DNA from: an uncultured Gemmatimonadales bacterium
Lineage (GTDB): Bacteria > Gemmatimonadota > Gemmatimonadetes > Longimicrobiales > Longimicrobiaceae
Length of the DNA: 64,000 bases
NCBI GenBank assembly: GCA_963716255.1
Contig: OY970303.1
Location: 2,144,001-2,208,000, forward strand
Direction: 5' to 3'
Shown here: positions 44,384 through 53,482 of the stretch, piece after piece
How the letters are laid out: each line of letters opens with the position of its first letter
Position numbering within the stretch: the stretch's first letter is position 1
Translations under genes and position numbers: made by a program
The notes under the pieces: generated by a model
What the model was told of the DNA's origin: nothing
What the model saw: the letters and a program-made list of their open reading frames with translations, nothing else
Database searches by the model: none

Positions 44384-45313
44384 TTACCCGCCCTCCCCCA
44401 CCACCCCACGCAGCGCCGCGATCGCCTCCGCCGGGTCGGGCGACAGCGTGAGCCTCCAGGCGCCGCCGGCGGCGAGCGCCCGCGCCGCAGCGTTCACCTG
44501 CCTGCGGAAGTGGTCGAAGCCCGGCTCCAGCGACTTCATCACCGCCTCCACGGCGGCATCGGCCGCGATCGGCTCCACGGCGACGGCGCGTCCCGGCTCC
44601 AGCAGGCAGAGCACGGCGCGCTCCGCCACCGGCTCGCCCACCCACTCCCCGGGCGGCACCGCCACCTTCCACCGCCCCCCGCGCAGCCGCAGGACCCCGC
44701 CCGCATCCGCCGCCGCGTGCGCCGCGCCGGGGAGCAGGTGGATGGGGCGCGGGAATCCCCACACGCGCAGCCCGGGCTCCAGCTGCACGTACACGGCGTC
44801 GTCCGAGAGCACGCGCAGCCCCGCCCGCTGCGCCGCGAGCGCCAGCGTGCTCTTGCCCGTGCCGCTCCGCCCCGCCAGCACCACCGCCGTGTCCCCCAGC
44901 AGCACCCCGGCGGCATGCAGCGGCACGCGGCCGGCCCGCGTGAGCAGGAAGAGCACGAGCGTGTCCACCACCTCCGCGGCCAGGCGCCCGGGGTCGCCCA
45001 CGAGCTCCGGCGGCACGGTGCAGACCGCCTCGCGCCGGGCGGCGTCCGCTTCGCCGCGGACGCCGGGGCCCTCCAGCGCCAGCCGCTCCCCGGCGAGGCG
45101 GACCGCGGGCGCCCCGCCGCCCGCCTCGCCGCTCCCGAGCCGCAGAGCGACGCGGATGCCGCCGGAGCCCTCGCTCCCGGCGCGGCCGGCGCGCGGCCAC
45201 GCCGCGCAGGCGGCGAGCGCCGCGTCCAGCAGCCCCGGCCCGTCCGCCTCCAAGCGCACGGGAATGCCCATCACCACGAGGTCGGCGTGGCAGCCGGGCG
45301 GCGCGTCCCGCAT
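44384..45313 (-). CDS. HPr kinase-related P-loop kinase
   Basis: VPLHAAGV, LAGRSGTGKSTLA (Walker A), VLSDD: the HprK/P catalytic signature. Confidence 0.8.
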   Translation of the reverse strand: MRDAPPGCHADLVVMGIPVRLEADGPGLLDAALAACAAWPRAGRAGSEGSGGIRVALRLGSGEAGGGAPAVRLAGERLALEGPGVRGEADAARREAVCTVPPELVGDPGRLAAEVVDTLVLFLLTRAGRVPLHAAGVLLGDTAVVLAGRSGTGKSTLALAAQRAGLRVLSDDAVYVQLEPGLRVWGFPRPIHLLPGAAHAAADAGGVLRLRGGRWKVAVPPGEWVGEPVAERAVLCLLEPGRAVAVEPIAADAAVEAVMKSLEPGFDHFRRQVNAAARALAAGGAWRLTLSPDPAEAIAALRGVVGEGG

Positions 45314-45351
45314 GGATCCTCCGGTGGTGGTTTTCGCGTGGCCCCACCCAG

Positions 45352-45378
45352 GGAACCGGAAAAGGGGGTCGACGGGTT
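45352..45378 (+). promoter_or_regulatory. Putative ECF-type promoter of the radical SAM operon
   Basis: GGAAC-N16-CGGGTT, one mismatch to the motif at 42216 and 54518. Confidence 0.5.
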
Positions 45379-45462
45379 TCCGACATGGCCCCGGACCGCG
45401 CGCGTCCGCAGCGGCTCGCCCCCGGCCGGACGCGGAGCCTCCGCGGGCGCCAGCGCGATGCC

Positions 45463-45590
45463 GCGTGAGGGATTCCGGCCCGAAGGGGCGAGACCCGCGG
45501 GCAGTTTCGCGGGGCTCGACTCCGTTGCAGACGGTCGTTTCGTCTGCTACGGAGCCGAAGCCCGACCCCGGCGCAGCCGGGGGCACGCCC
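45463..45590 (+). repeat. ~130-bp structured repeat, copy 4
   Basis: gcgtgagggattccggcccgaagggg...gggcacgccc, ending 44 nt before the first radical SAM ATG. Confidence 0.9.
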
Positions 45591-45634
45591 AAATCCGCAG
45601 TCCAGAGCAGTTCCAAGAACCCGGACCCGACCTC

Positions 45635-47020
45635 ATGATCCTCCTGGCGCACTCCTACTTCCTGCGCGACGACCCCAAGCAGCTGGAGCGGATGAAGCCC
45701 TACCCGCCCCTGGCGACTCTGCTCGCCGCGGGTCTGCTGCGCGAGCGGGGGCACCCGGTGTCGCTCTTCGACGCCATGCTCGCCCCGGGGGTGGAGGCGT
45801 TCGAGGCCGCGCTGGACGAGACGCGCCCGGCGGTGGTGGGGATCCTGGAGGACAACTTCAACTTCCTCACCAAGATGTGCACGCTGCGCATGCGCCAGGC
45901 CACGCTCCGCATGGTGGTGGCCGCCCGCGAGCGCGGCTGCCGCGTGGCGGTGAACGGCTCCGACGCATCGGACCGGCCGGCGCTGTACCTGGCGGCCGGC
46001 GCGGACGCGGTGATCGTGGGCGAGGCGGAAACGGGGTTCCTGGAGCTGGTGGAGGCGTGGCGCGCCGATCCCGCGGCCCCGCTCGACGGGGTCCCCGGGC
46101 TGGCGCTGGCCGGGCGGAGCGGGGCCGTCCGCCGCACCGCCGCCCGCCCCGCCCCCGACGACCTGGACGCGCTCCCGCTCCCGGCCTGGGAGCTGGTGGA
46201 CGTGGAAGCGTACCGCCGGGCGTGGCGGGGCGCCCACGGCCGCTTCTCCTGGAACGTGGTCACCTCGCGCGGCTGCCCGTACGGCTGCAACTGGTGCGCG
46301 AAGCCGATCTTCGGTCGGCGCTACGCCCAGCGCTCCGCCGCCGCGGTCGCGGAGGAGATGCGCCGGCTGCGCGACCAGGTGGCGCCGGACCACATCTGGT
46401 TCGCGGACGACATCTGGGGGCTGACGCCGCGGTGGATCGCGGACTTCGCCCGCGAGGTGAAGGCCCGGGACGCGCGCACGCCGTTCATGATCCAGTCGCG
46501 CGTCAACCTGATGAGCCCCGCGGTGGTGGCCGCGCTGGCGGAGGCGGGCGCGGAGGAGGTGTGGATGGGGGTGGAGTCGGGGTCCCAGGCGGTCCTGGAC
46601 GCCATGGAAAAGGGGAGCCGGGTGGAGCAGGCGCGGGAGGCCACGCGGGCGCTCAGGGCGGCGGGGATCCGGGCGTGCTGGTTCATCCAGCTCGGCTACC
46701 CCCCGGAGGGATGGGACGACCTGCTCCTGACCCGCGACCTGCTCCGGGAGGAGCGGCCCGACGACATCGGCGTGTCCGTGGCCTACCCGCTGCCGGGAAC
46801 GGGCTTCCACGACAACGTCCGCGCGGAGCTGGGCGCCAAGCGCAACTGGGAGGACACCGGCGACCTGGCCATGCTCTTTCACGGCGCCTTCGGCAGCGGC
46901 TTCTACCGCCGCGTCCGCGACGCGCTCCACCGGGAGGCGCGCACCGGCACCGCCGACGACGCGTGCTGGGCGGCGCTCGCGGAAGAGGCGGCGGTCCCCC
47001 TCCCCCTCGCCGGGGACTGA
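45635..47020 (+). CDS. B12-binding-domain radical SAM protein
   Basis: PYPPLATL..FDAM, DAVIVGEAE, TSRGCPYGCNWC (CxxxCxxC), FADD, MGVESGS, AYPLPGT. Confidence 0.92.
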   Translation: MILLAHSYFLRDDPKQLERMKPYPPLATLLAAGLLRERGHPVSLFDAMLAPGVEAFEAALDETRPAVVGILEDNFNFLTKMCTLRMRQATLRMVVAARERGCRVAVNGSDASDRPALYLAAGADAVIVGEAETGFLELVEAWRADPAAPLDGVPGLALAGRSGAVRRTAARPAPDDLDALPLPAWELVDVEAYRRAWRGAHGRFSWNVVTSRGCPYGCNWCAKPIFGRRYAQRSAAAVAEEMRRLRDQVAPDHIWFADDIWGLTPRWIADFAREVKARDARTPFMIQSRVNLMSPAVVAALAEAGAEEVWMGVESGSQAVLDAMEKGSRVEQAREATRALRAAGIRACWFIQLGYPPEGWDDLLLTRDLLREERPDDIGVSVAYPLPGTGFHDNVRAELGAKRNWEDTGDLAMLFHGAFGSGFYRRVRDALHREARTGTADDACWAALAEEAAVPLPLAGD

Positions 47021-47023
47021 GCG

Positions 47024-47848
47024 GTGGACGCCGCCGCCCTGTCCCCCGCCGCCGGGGCGTTCGACGCCGTCGCGGCGTCGTTCGACGCCCGCTTCGGCGC
47101 GTGGCGCAGCGTCGCCGCGCAGCGGCGCGCCGTGCGCGCGGCGCTGGCGGACGCCTTCCCGCCCGGGACGCGCGTGCTGGAGGTGGGCGGCGGCACGGGG
47201 GAGGACGCGCTCTGGCTGGCGCAGCGCGGGCGCCGCGTCCTGCTGACCGACGCGTCGCCCGCCATGGTGCGCATCGCCGGCGGCAAGCTGCGGGGCCTGG
47301 CGGGGTGCCGCGCGGAAGCCGCCGCGGCGGAGGCGCTGGGATCGCTGGCGGAGCGGGAGCGCGCGGCGGGGGAAGCGCCCTTCGACGGCGCGTTCTCCAA
47401 CTTCGCCGCGCTCAACTGCGTGCCGGAGCTGGCGCCGGTCGCCCGAGGGCTGGCGCGGCTGCTCCGCCCCGGGGCCCCGCTGCTGCTCGTCGTGTTCGGC
47501 CCCTTCCCCCCCGGCGAGGCCGTGGTGCAGCTGGCCCGCGGGGAGCCCCGCGCAGCCTTCCGGCGCCTGGCCCGCGGCGACGTCCCGGCGCGCCTGGGCG
47601 GCCGCGCTTTCACCGTGCGCTACCACCGCCCGCGCGAGGTGGAGCGCGCCCTGGCGCCGTGGTTCCGCCCGGCCGGGCGCCTGGGGGTGGGCGTCTTCGT
47701 CCCGCCGAGCGCGGCGGAGCCGTGGATCTCGGCGCACCCCCGCCTCCTGCGCGTGCTGGAGACGCTGGACCGCGCCGCCGCCCGGCCGCTGGCGCTGCTC
47801 GGCGACCACGTGCTGCTCCGCTTCCGGCGCACCGGGGAGGGGGCGTGA
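47024..47848 (+). CDS. Class I SAM-dependent methyltransferase
   Basis: VLEVGGGTGED, TDASPAM, FDGAFSNFAALN. Confidence 0.88.
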   Translation: MDAAALSPAAGAFDAVAASFDARFGAWRSVAAQRRAVRAALADAFPPGTRVLEVGGGTGEDALWLAQRGRRVLLTDASPAMVRIAGGKLRGLAGCRAEAAAAEALGSLAERERAAGEAPFDGAFSNFAALNCVPELAPVARGLARLLRPGAPLLLVVFGPFPPGEAVVQLARGEPRAAFRRLARGDVPARLGGRAFTVRYHRPREVERALAPWFRPAGRLGVGVFVPPSAAEPWISAHPRLLRVLETLDRAAARPLALLGDHVLLRFRRTGEGA

Positions 47849-48663
47849 GCGCCGTGGGCGGCGCCCCGCCCGCGCTGGCCCGCTTCCGGGCGGAGTACGG
47901 CGCCCACCGCGCGGCGGAGGGGCGCGGCCACGGCCGCGCCGAGCTGCTGGCGCTTCCCTACCTGCGTACGGGGCCGCTGGCCCGGCAGTGGGCGGTCCGC
48001 GCCCGCAGCTACGACGCCTTCGTGCAGTCGGTGCTGGCCCCCGCCGCCGCGGAGCGCGGCGGACCGGTGCGGCTCCTGGACCTGGGCGCCGGGAGCGGCT
48101 GGCTCTGCCGCCGCGCCGCGCTCGCGGGGCACCGCGCCGTCGCGCTGGACCTGCGCGAGGACGACGTGGACGGGCTGGGCGCCGCGGGGCGGTACCTGGA
48201 GGACGCGCCGGGGCTCTTCGGCCGCGTGGCCGCTTCGTTCGACGCGCTCCCCTTCCCGGCCGGGAGCTTCGACGTCGCCGTCTTCAACGCGTCGCTGCAC
48301 TACGCCCTGGACCTGCGCGCCGTGCTCGCCGAGGCCGCACGGGTCGTCCGGCCGGGCGGGCGGATCGCCGTGGTGGATTCGCCCTTCTACGCGCGGGAGG
48401 CGGAGGGCGCGGCCATGGTCGCGGAGAAGCGGCGGGAGGCGGAGCGCCGCTTCGGCGAGCGCGCCGGGGTGCTGCTGGAGCTCCCCTTCGTGGAGTTCCT
48501 GACCCGGGAGCGCCTGGACGCGGCCTCCGCCGGGCTGGACCTGGCCTGGCGGCGCCGGCGCGTCGCCTACCCGCTCTGGTACGAGCTCCGCCCCCTCGTG
48601 GCGCGGCTGCGCCGCCGCCGCCCCCCCTCGCGCTTCGATCTCTGGCAGACCACGGTCCCATGA
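47845..48663 (+). CDS. Class I SAM-dependent methyltransferase
   Basis: GTG overlapping upstream stop; LLDLGAGSGW, LPFPAGSFDVAVFNASLHY, RVVRPGG. Confidence 0.88.
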   Translation: MSAVGGAPPALARFRAEYGAHRAAEGRGHGRAELLALPYLRTGPLARQWAVRARSYDAFVQSVLAPAAAERGGPVRLLDLGAGSGWLCRRAALAGHRAVALDLREDDVDGLGAAGRYLEDAPGLFGRVAASFDALPFPAGSFDVAVFNASLHYALDLRAVLAEAARVVRPGGRIAVVDSPFYAREAEGAAMVAEKRREAERRFGERAGVLLELPFVEFLTRERLDAASAGLDLAWRRRRVAYPLWYELRPLVARLRRRRPPSRFDLWQTTVP

Positions 48664-50213
48664 TCCTGTTCGTGAACCCGCGGGCCACCCGCCCCAGGAA
48701 CCGGCGCTTCCCCCTGTCGCTGATGGCCGTGGGCGCGGCGCTCCCGGAGGAGACGACCTGGGAGATCGTGGACGGCAACCGCCCCGGGGTGGACGTGCTC
48801 GCCGAGCTGGCGGCGCGGATCGAGGCCGGGCGCGGCGGCCCCGACCCGGTGCGGCTGGTGGCGTTCACCGTGATGCCGGGGCCGCAGCTGGTCAGTGCGC
48901 TCCCGCTCTCCCGCGGCCTCCGCGAGCTCCATCCCGACGTCCCCATCGTCTGGGGCGGCAACTTCCCCAGCCTGTACCCCGGGCCGGTGCTGAACTCGCC
49001 CTGGGTGGACTGGGCGGTGCGCGGGCAGGGGGAGCAGACCTTTTTGGAGCTGCTGGAGGTGCTGGACGGCGGGCGCGATCCCGCCACCGTGGCGGGGCTC
49101 GCCTTCCGCGGCGACGACGGCCGCCACCGCATCGGGCCGGAGCGCGTCTGGGCCGGGCCGGACGAGCTCCCGGAGCCGCCGTACCACAGGATCCCGGTGG
49201 ACGACTACCTGCACCCCACCTTCCTGGGGCGGCGCTCGGGGGTGTACCAGTCGTCCATCGGCTGCCCGTACGGCTGCAAGTTCTGCGGGGTGATCTCGGT
49301 GCTCGGCAGCCGCGAGAAGCAGCAGCGGCCGGAGCGAACCGCCGGGCACCTGGCCTTCCTGGCGCGCGAGCACGGCATGGACTCCGTGCACTTCTACGAC
49401 AACAACTTCTTCGTGGGCGAGGACCACGCGCGCGAGCTGGCGGAGCGGATGGAGCCGCTGGGGCTGCGCTGGTGGTGCGAGGCGCGGGTGGACGCGCTGC
49501 TGCGCTTCTCGGACGACACCTGGCGGCTGCTGCGGCGCGCCGGCCTCGCCATGGTGTTCTGCGGCGCCGAGTCGGGATCGGACGAGGTGCTGCGCAGGAT
49601 GAACAAGAAGATCACCACCGCGCAGGTGCTGGAGGTGGCCGCGCGGACGCGGGAGCACGGCATCATCCCCGAGTTCTCCTTCGTCTTCGGCGACCCCGAC
49701 GACCCGGAGCGCGAGATCGAGAACACGCTGGCCTTCATCCGCCGCCTCAAGGGCGTGAACCCGGCGATGGAGCTGATCAGCTACTTCTACACGCCCACGC
49801 CGCAGCGCCGCGGCACCTACGGCAACGTGGATGCGCTGGCCGGCACGCCCGCCACGCTGGAGGAGTGGGCGGAGCCGCAGTGGCTGACCTGGATGACGCA
49901 CGAGGACCCGCACGTCCCGTGGCTGGAGCCGCGGCTGAAAGCCAGGGTGGACGACTTCGAGCTGGTGCTCAAGAGCCGCTTCCCCTCGGTGCACGACGGG
50001 CGGACGCGCGGGTGGGGGAAGGCGCTCGGCCGGCTGCTCGCCCGCAGGCGCTGGGAGCGCGGCGAGTACGCGGACCCGCGGCTCCTGCGCACCGTGCGCC
50101 GCCTGGCCCGGGTGACGCCGGACGACACGCAGGCGTACGGCCACCTCCGCCCGGCCACACCCGCCACGCCGGCCGCGTCCGCGGGGACGGCCGCGCGGGC
50201 GGCCGTCGCGTGA
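48660..50213 (+). CDS. B12-binding-domain radical SAM protein
   Basis: ATGA overlap; FPLSLMAVGA, IVWGGNFPS, VRGQGE, SIGCPYGCKFC, FYDNNF, GAESGS. Confidence 0.92.
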   Translation: MILFVNPRATRPRNRRFPLSLMAVGAALPEETTWEIVDGNRPGVDVLAELAARIEAGRGGPDPVRLVAFTVMPGPQLVSALPLSRGLRELHPDVPIVWGGNFPSLYPGPVLNSPWVDWAVRGQGEQTFLELLEVLDGGRDPATVAGLAFRGDDGRHRIGPERVWAGPDELPEPPYHRIPVDDYLHPTFLGRRSGVYQSSIGCPYGCKFCGVISVLGSREKQQRPERTAGHLAFLAREHGMDSVHFYDNNFFVGEDHARELAERMEPLGLRWWCEARVDALLRFSDDTWRLLRRAGLAMVFCGAESGSDEVLRRMNKKITTAQVLEVAARTREHGIIPEFSFVFGDPDDPEREIENTLAFIRRLKGVNPAMELISYFYTPTPQRRGTYGNVDALAGTPATLEEWAEPQWLTWMTHEDPHVPWLEPRLKARVDDFELVLKSRFPSVHDGRTRGWGKALGRLLARRRWERGEYADPRLLRTVRRLARVTPDDTQAYGHLRPATPATPAASAGTAARAAVA

Positions 50214-50878
50214 GCACGCTGCCGGCGCGCGAGGCCTACCGCCTGTGGGCGCCCCGCTACGAGGCGGAGACCGCGGTCAGCTGGCTGGACGACCGGGTAG
50301 TGGGCACGCTGGGCCCGCCGCCGGCCGGGCGCCGGCTGCTGGACGTGGGGTGCGGGACCGGGCGCCGGCTCCGCGGCGCGGGCGCCGCGCTCGCGGTGGG
50401 GGTGGACCTGGTCCCCGAGATGCTGGCGGGGGGCGGCGGCGGCGGCCTCCGGGCCGCCGCGGACCTGCGCGCCCTCCCCGTGCGGGAGGGCGCCTTCGAC
50501 CTCGTCTGGTGCCGCCTGGTGGTGGGCCACCTCCCCGACCTCGCCGCGGCGTACGCGGAGCTGGCGCGCGTCTGCCGCCCCGGCGGCACGGTGCTGGTCA
50601 CCGACTTTCACCCCGCGGCGGCCGCCGCCGGCCACCGGCGCACCTTCCGCGACGCGGCCGGAGCGACCCGCGAGATCGAGCACCACGTGCACTCCGCGGA
50701 GGCCCACGCGGCGCTCGCGGGCGATGCCGGGCTCGCCCTCCGGGCGCGCATGGACGGGCGCGTGGGGCCGGCGCTGCGCCCCTTCTACGCCCGCGCCGGG
50801 CGCCTGGCCGCCTACCGCGAGCAGCGGGGGCTCCCCCTGGTGCTCGCGCTCGCCTTCCGCAGGGACGACGCGCCGTGA
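50210..50878 (+). CDS. Class I SAM-dependent methyltransferase (BioC-like)
   Basis: REAYRLWAPRY, LLDVGCGTGR, FDLVWCRL, RVCRPGG..TDFHP. Confidence 0.88.
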   Translation: MSTLPAREAYRLWAPRYEAETAVSWLDDRVVGTLGPPPAGRRLLDVGCGTGRRLRGAGAALAVGVDLVPEMLAGGGGGGLRAAADLRALPVREGAFDLVWCRLVVGHLPDLAAAYAELARVCRPGGTVLVTDFHPAAAAAGHRRTFRDAAGATREIEHHVHSAEAHAALAGDAGLALRARMDGRVGPALRPFYARAGRLAAYREQRGLPLVLALAFRRDDAP

Positions 50879-52005
50879 GGCTGCTGGTGGAGGCGGGAAA
50901 CGCCGCCGTGGGCGTGGAGCGGGGCCGCCTCGTCCCGCCGGAGGGGCGCTTCGACCTGGTCCTCGCCGTCCCCGGCGGCGAGCTGCGCCCCGGCCTGGTC
51001 AACGCCCACGACCACCTGCACCGCAACCACTACGGCCGCCTGGGCGACCCGCCGTACCCGGACGCCTACGCGTGGGGGCGCGACATCCACGCGCGACGCG
51101 CGGCGGAGATCGCCCGCGGCCGCGCGCTCCCCCGCCGCCGGGCGCTGCTGCGCGGCGCGTGGAAGAACCTGCTGGCGGGGGTGACGACGGTCGTGCACCA
51201 CGACCGCTGGGAGCCGGACTTCGAGCGGGGGTTCCCGCTGCGCGTCGCGCGCGTCCGCAGCGCCCACTCGCTCGGCTTCGAGCCGGAGCTGGCGGGGATC
51301 GCCGCGGGCGCCGGCCCCTTCGCCGTCCACCTCGCCGAGGGCGTCGACGCCGCGGCCGCCGACGAGGTGCGCGAGCTGGACCGCCGCGGCCTGCTCACGG
51401 CGGGCCTGCTCGCCGTGCACGGGGTGGGCGCCGACGCGGACGGCGTCCGGCGGCTGCGGGCGGCCGGGGCCGCCGTGGTCTGGTGCCCCACGTCCAACCT
51501 GTTCCTCTTCGGCCGCACCGCGCCGCGCGGGCTGCTGGCCCCGGGGACGGACGTCCTCCTGGGAAGCGACTCGCTGCTCACCGGGGCGGGGACGCTGCTG
51601 GACGAGATCCGCGCGGCGCGCCGCACCGGCCTGCTTTCCGACGCGCGGCTGCTGGACGCGGTGGGCGCGACCGCGGCGCGGCGGCTGGCCCTCCCGGAGC
51701 CGTCGCTGGAGCCCGGCGCCCCGGCCGACCTCGCGGTCTTCCGCCGCCCCGTGCTGGAGGCGGGCGCCGCCGACGTGGCGCTGGTGGTGGCGGGCGGGAC
51801 CCTGCGGGTTCTCGATCCGTCGCTCGTGCCCGCGCTGGGCCGGTGGGAAGCGCGCGGAACGATGGTGGAGTCCGACGGCGTCGTCCGCTGGACCGATCCT
51901 GCGGAATCCGCGCAGGACAGGCTCCCCGGGGCGACGGCAAGTCAGGGATGCCGTGCGGTTCTCCCCCTTTCCCCCGCTTGCGGGGGAGAGGGGGCCGGGG
52001 GGTGA
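50875..52005 (+). CDS. Amidohydrolase superfamily protein (nucleoside/SAH deaminase-like)
   Basis: PGLVNAHDHL, AGVTTVVHH, VHLAEG, VHGV, WCPTSN, LGSDS, GAPADL. Confidence 0.87.
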   Translation: MRLLVEAGNAAVGVERGRLVPPEGRFDLVLAVPGGELRPGLVNAHDHLHRNHYGRLGDPPYPDAYAWGRDIHARRAAEIARGRALPRRRALLRGAWKNLLAGVTTVVHHDRWEPDFERGFPLRVARVRSAHSLGFEPELAGIAAGAGPFAVHLAEGVDAAAADEVRELDRRGLLTAGLLAVHGVGADADGVRRLRAAGAAVVWCPTSNLFLFGRTAPRGLLAPGTDVLLGSDSLLTGAGTLLDEIRAARRTGLLSDARLLDAVGATAARRLALPEPSLEPGAPADLAVFRRPVLEAGAADVALVVAGGTLRVLDPSLVPALGRWEARGTMVESDGVVRWTDPAESAQDRLPGATASQGCRAVLPLSPACGGEGAGG

Positions 52006-52013
52006 GGGGGCCC
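51961..52013. repeat. REP-like palindrome overlapping the amidohydrolase 3' end
   Basis: ctccccctttcccccgcttgcgggggagagggggccggggggtgagggggccc; similar to 44333-44375. Confidence 0.6.
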
Positions 52014-52040
52014 ACCCTCGCGGACGCCAGCGCGACGTCC

Positions 52041-52169
52041 GCGTGAGGGATTTCGGCCCGAAGGGGCGAGACCCCGCGGCAGTTTGCGGGGGCTCGACTC
52101 CGTTGGCGAGCGTTGTTTGCTCGCCTACGGAGCCGAAGCCCGACCCCGGCGCCAGCCGGGGGCACGCCC
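52041..52169 (+). repeat. ~130-bp structured repeat, copy 5
   Basis: gcgtgagggatttcggcccgaagggg...ggcacgccc between convergent genes. Confidence 0.9.
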
Positions 52170-52195
52170 GAACCCGCCGTAAAATCCGTTCCTCC

Positions 52196-53482
52196 TCAGC
52201 GCTCCACCCTGCCGCGCAGCAGCCGCCACGCCCGCCGGCCGTAGATCCTCCCCAGCTCCACGGGCGAGCGCCCGGCGGGCGCCGGCCACACCGCGTGGGC
52301 CAGCCGGCGGACCCGCTCCCACGGCGTCCCCGCCCACATCATGCGCTCCTCCAGCGACAGCCTGTCCAGGCGCTGCGCGGTGGCGGGCGTGGAGCGCGCG
52401 AGCACGCGCCGCATGGCGGGCGTGGCCTCCGCGGCGAAGCGCGCCAGCACAGCTTCCGGCACCGTTCCCGGCGCCAGCCGCTCCGCCAGCTCCAGCGCCG
52501 GCCAGGCGAAGCGGAGCGCGCCCGCCGTCCGGGCGGCGCGCACCAGCTCGTCCCACGCGAGCGCCCCGCAGGCGGCGTCCTGGCGGATCACCCGCACCAG
52601 CTCCACCAGCCGGACCAGCGTGAGGCCGTGGAACCCCTCGGAGGCGTGGGTGGCGAGGAGCAGCACCAGGAGCGGCTGTCCCGGGACGCGGGCGTGCGGA
52701 GCTGCGTCCCACGCCGCGGCGGCGGACGCCGGGGCGACCCGGTCCAGCCGCGCCGTGGCGACGCCGAAGAAGTTGCGGTCCAGCGAAGCGTGCACGTCCA
52801 GCGTGAACGGGTCTTCCGCGTGCGTGAGGGCAAGGGACCGCGGCGCGCCGCCGCCCCCGGCCGGCACCCAGTCGCACTTGTACGGACGCCGCTGCACCGG
52901 CCCGGGCGCGTAGCCCGCCCGGCGGAGCGCGACGCCCGCCGCCGCGAGGTCCGCCGGGGCGACGAGCAGGTCCACGTCGCTGACGGGGCGGGTGCCCGGC
53001 TCCGGGAAGTACGCGTGCGCCGTGTGCATCCCCTTCAGCACCGTGGTCACCACGCCCTCCTCCGCCAGGCACGCCGCGGCGTGGGCGGCCGCCCGGCCCA
53101 GGCGCTCCATCCGCAGGCGGTTGTGGCGCAGGTGCAGCCGCAGCAGCGCCGCCGCGCCGGGGCTCGCCCGCAGGGCGCCGCTCTCCACCCACCAGCCCAG
53201 GAGCGGTCCCATCCCCGACGTGTACGCCGCGACGCCCAGGGCGGCCGCGTCGCCGTCCAGGCGGGGAGCCTCGCCGCCGCACAGGACGCCGCGGGTGGCC
53301 GCCTCCATCGCCCGGAGCGCGTCGCGCCAGGCGTCCACCGCCACCTCGGGCCAGAGCCACGCGGGGTGCCCGCCGCGCCGCGCCCGGGCGAAGCGGTCGC
53401 GGACCTCGCCCGCGTCCAGGTCGAGCGCGTCGAGCGGGAGCTCCGGCGCGTCCGCCTCCGCCGGGGCGGCGGGAGCGCTCAC
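52196..53482 (-). CDS. Nucleotidyltransferase family protein (NTP_transf_5-like)
   Basis: GTG overlapping upstream stop; VLKGMHTAHAYFPEPGTRPVSDVDLLV, LDVH. Confidence 0.85.
   Translation of the reverse strand: MSAPAAPAEADAPELPLDALDLDAGEVRDRFARARRGGHPAWLWPEVAVDAWRDALRAMEAATRGVLCGGEAPRLDGDAAALGVAAYTSGMGPLLGWWVESGALRASPGAAALLRLHLRHNRLRMERLGRAAAHAAACLAEEGVVTTVLKGMHTAHAYFPEPGTRPVSDVDLLVAPADLAAAGVALRRAGYAPGPVQRRPYKCDWVPAGGGGAPRSLALTHAEDPFTLDVHASLDRNFFGVATARLDRVAPASAAAAWDAAPHARVPGQPLLVLLLATHASEGFHGLTLVRLVELVRVIRQDAACGALAWDELVRAARTAGALRFAWPALELAERLAPGTVPEAVLARFAAEATPAMRRVLARSTPATAQRLDRLSLEERMMWAGTPWERVRRLAHAVWPAPAGRSPVELGRIYGRRAWRLLRGRVER

Noticed and set aside
43976..45634. RiPP precursor peptide for the radical SAM operon
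   Set aside because: Intergenic space is filled by repeats and promoter motifs; no short ORF with RBS and leader/core character, and no RRE/SPASM features seen in the rSAMs.
45314..45634. Cobalamin or SAM riboswitch before the B12-rSAM operon
   Set aside because: No recognisable B12-box or S-box; the structure there is the dispersed repeat.
31430..52169. Structured repeats as CRISPR array, tRNA or IS ends
   Set aside because: Dispersed, ~130 bp, no spacers or cas genes, no cloverleaf/T-loop, and no transposase or clear target-site duplication.
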